The position numbers and the translations under genes are program-made. This document shows, one piece after another, positions 30,445 to 32,000 of a stretch of DNA of 32,000 nucleotides. Position 1 is the first letter of the stretch; every line of letters begins with the position of its first letter. Source of the stretch: Candidatus Saccharimonadota bacterium (GTDB taxonomy: Bacteria > Patescibacteriota > Microgenomatia > UBA1406 > GWC2-37-13); NCBI GenBank assembly GCA_016432445.1, contig CP066689.1:120001-152000 (forward strand), written 5' to 3'. Below the pieces are notes generated by a model. It was not told the origin of the DNA. It ran no database searches and worked only from the letters and a program-made list of their open reading frames with translations.

Positions 30445-31766
30445 AAAAAATAATCAATATAATTTTTATTATCGTTATAACAGTTATAACTGTTATACAA
30501 GTCACTGAAGTAAAAGCTCAAGAAGCATCTGAAGCCAATGCAAAAAAATTTGGTATTTCCTTTCCTGTAGCCGAGCTTGGTAACTGTGCTTCAGTTTCTG
30601 AGTGCAAAACTTACTGTGATGATAGCGCCAATAGAACACAATGTATAGCTTTTGCCAAGAAAAAAGGTTTTTATAAAGAAGAAAAGTTAGATGATAAAAA
30701 AAGAGAAATGATTCAAACTGCCAAAGATAGTCTTGGCTGTAGTGATGAAGAGTCATGTAAGGTAGTTTGCAGCAAGGAGGAAAATTATGAAAAATGCAGT
30801 CAGTTTGCGAAAAAAAATGGTTTTGAAGGTCCAAAAAGACAAAATCCTGGTGATAAAAAAATAATTCAGAAAGCCAAGGAGATATTAGGCTGCACCTCAG
30901 AAGAGTCATGTAAATCAATTTGTGAACAGGATAATAATAAAGACAAATGTTCAGAGTTTGCTAAACAAACTGGTTTGGGGGGTGGAATACGGCGTGTTGG
31001 TCCGGGAGGTTGTAATTCTGAGGAAAGCTGTCGTAGCTACTGTGAAAAAAATGAAGATGAATGTAGAAAATTTGGAGGTGGCGGTGGTCCTCCTCCTGGC
31101 TCAACCGGTAAAATGCAAGGTCCGGGGGGATGCAATAGCGAGGAATCATGCCGGTCTTATTGTGAAAAAAATCCTGAAGAATGTAAAAAGTTTGGAGGCG
31201 GTTCTCCAGATAGACAAGGACAGCCGCCGCCTGAGGCGCAAAGACGAGGCCCAGGTGGATGCGATAGTGAAGAATCGTGTAAATCTTACTGTGAAAAAAA
31301 TCCTCAAGAGTGTGGAGGGAAAAGAGACGAAGGAGAACGGCGAGGTTTTGATCAAAGTGGTTTTAACCAAAGTGAAAGCAAAGAAGATTTCTGCCGCAAG
31401 AATCCTGACAAATGCCGTTTGCCTGAAAATCTTCAACAGCAAAATATTAGTCAGGAGGAATTCTGTAAAAATAATCCAGATAAATGCGTTCAAAATAAAA
31501 AAGAACAGCGGGAGCAGTTTATAAGACCTCCCGAAGATAGTCAGAGAATTGAAAAACCACCGGAGAGTTTTCAACGACCTCAGGGAGAAAATAGAAGTTT
31601 TCAGCCGCCTCAGGGAGAATTAAGACGTGACCAGCAGCCTGAGAATTTTCAAAGACCCCCGTCAGGAGAAGTGAGACAAGAACAAAAACCGCCTGAAGTG
31701 AAAGGAGCTTCTTCATCTTTTTCCTTGCTTAACAAAATCATTCAATTTTTCCTTCTTAAAAATTAA
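30441..31766 (+). CDS. Secreted cysteine-repeat protein (six 4-Cys modules plus two 2-Cys half-modules) with a C-terminal P/Q/E/R-rich repeat region
   Basis: Signal peptide MKKIINIIFIIVITVITVIQVTEVKAQE. The module G-C-x3-ESC-x3-C-x6-8-C-x2-F recurs six times, for example GGCNSEESCRSYCEKNEDECRKFGGG. These are followed by FCRKNPDKC and FCKNNPDKC, and then PPE.FQRPQGE-type repeats. Confidence 0.7.
   Translation: MKKIINIIFIIVITVITVIQVTEVKAQEASEANAKKFGISFPVAELGNCASVSECKTYCDDSANRTQCIAFAKKKGFYKEEKLDDKKREMIQTAKDSLGCSDEESCKVVCSKEENYEKCSQFAKKNGFEGPKRQNPGDKKIIQKAKEILGCTSEESCKSICEQDNNKDKCSEFAKQTGLGGGIRRVGPGGCNSEESCRSYCEKNEDECRKFGGGGGPPPGSTGKMQGPGGCNSEESCRSYCEKNPEECKKFGGGSPDRQGQPPPEAQRRGPGGCDSEESCKSYCEKNPQECGGKRDEGERRGFDQSGFNQSESKEDFCRKNPDKCRLPENLQQQNISQEEFCKNNPDKCVQNKKEQREQFIRPPEDSQRIEKPPESFQRPQGENRSFQPPQGELRRDQQPENFQRPPSGEVRQEQKPPEVKGASSSFSLLNKIIQFFLLKN
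30465..30498 (+). repeat. 9-bp-periodic GTTATAAC array (copy C)
   Basis: GTTATAAC at 30474-30481 and 30483-30490, GTTATAC at 30492-30498, and a degenerate unit at 30465. Confidence 0.8.
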
Positions 31767-31851
31767 GCGGTCATCTAATTTTATTTTTCTTGCAGGTTTC
31801 ATACTTGTTTCTTTCGTTCTTTTGACCTTCTCACAATAATATATAGTAGAT

Positions 31852-32000
31852 ATGGTTTTTAACTTTTTACGGAAGGATAATGATGGTAATCAAAGAAAGG
31901 TAAGTCCGGCAATCTTTCTTAAAAAAATGGCGGTTTTTCCGACAGAAAAAATATCTCTAGTTTTAGAGGGAGAAGAAATTTCAAAAACAGTGTCAAAAGC
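31852..32000 (+). CDS. Possible start of a gene running off the window (MVFNFLRKDNDGNQRKVSPAIFLKKMAVFPTEKISLVLEGEEISKTVSK...)
   Basis: An open frame from the ATG at 31852 to the window end. Too short to assign. Confidence 0.3.
   Translation, partial: MVFNFLRKDNDGNQRKVSPAIFLKKMAVFPTEKISLVLEGEEISKTVSK

Noticed and set aside
30502-31716. Long alternative-frame ORFs inside the Cys-repeat gene (138 aa -, 200 aa +, 62 aa -, 142 aa -, 65 aa -)
   Set aside because: They are a by-product of purine-rich, repetitive, stop-poor sequence. Only the 30441 frame gives a signal peptide and a regular Cys module.
1-32000. Alternative genetic code (for example UGA as Gly in some candidate phyla)
   Set aside because: All conserved genes are full length with TGA, TAA and TAG as stops, and TGA is used as a terminator in ATGA overlaps, so the standard bacterial code fits.

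Overview
This is an AT-rich, tightly packed bacterial window that reads cleanly with the standard genetic code; TGA is used as a stop, including in ATGA stop/start overlaps. The gene content includes tiny membrane proteins, VirB2-like pilins, cohesin-type and sorting-signal surface proteins, ComM, LexA, GatB/YqeY, many short or absent mRNA leaders, and repeated consensus TTGACA -35 boxes. By inference only, this suggests an uncultivated small-genome bacterium of Patescibacteria/CPR type.

Layout:
- 1-15.8 kb: housekeeping and envelope genes. These are an SPFH protein, a clan-A glycosidase, LexA, an M24 aminopeptidase, an 857-aa polytopic membrane protein, a cohesin-like protein, a 617-aa surface protein, ComM, two tandem VirB2-like pilins, a GT2 glycosyltransferase, DivIC/FtsB, YqeY and a DEDD-like exonuclease.
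- 15.8-16.2 kb: a tRNA hotspot. A tRNA-sized chimera carries the exact 5' 20 nt and 3' 8 nt of tRNA-Asn around a GC-rich hairpin. It is followed by a GIY-YIG nuclease gene and then an intact tRNA-Asn(GTT).
- 16.2-22.3 kb: an island that looks CpG-richer by eye. It starts with a large serine recombinase whose ORF ends antisense inside the tRNA-Asn anticodon loop. Its cargo includes a membrane CAP-domain protein, a 695-aa MerR-HTH protein with a C-terminal HEPN-like R-x4-H motif, and a divergent PIN-domain protein. This pair is my best candidate for an undescribed defence or abortive-infection-type module.
- 22.3-25.4 kb: an ArsR-regulated mercury-resistance operon. It encodes a MerT-like/HMA fusion, two small thioredoxin-fold Cys proteins, and a core MerA lacking NmerA.
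- 25.4-32 kb: a TrmO-like protein, a beta-helix protein, an SDR gene remnant, a cupin, a DEAD-box helicase, small unannotated ORFs, and a secreted Cys-repeat protein.

Other signals:
- a 9-bp-periodic GTTATAAC array at the 5' end of three secreted-protein genes;
- three bidirectional promoters sharing a TTGACAA/TTGTCAA core;
- a heavily structured roughly 140-nt element beside a tRNA-Met-like gene.

All calls come from reading the sequence and the ORF translations; no searches were run.
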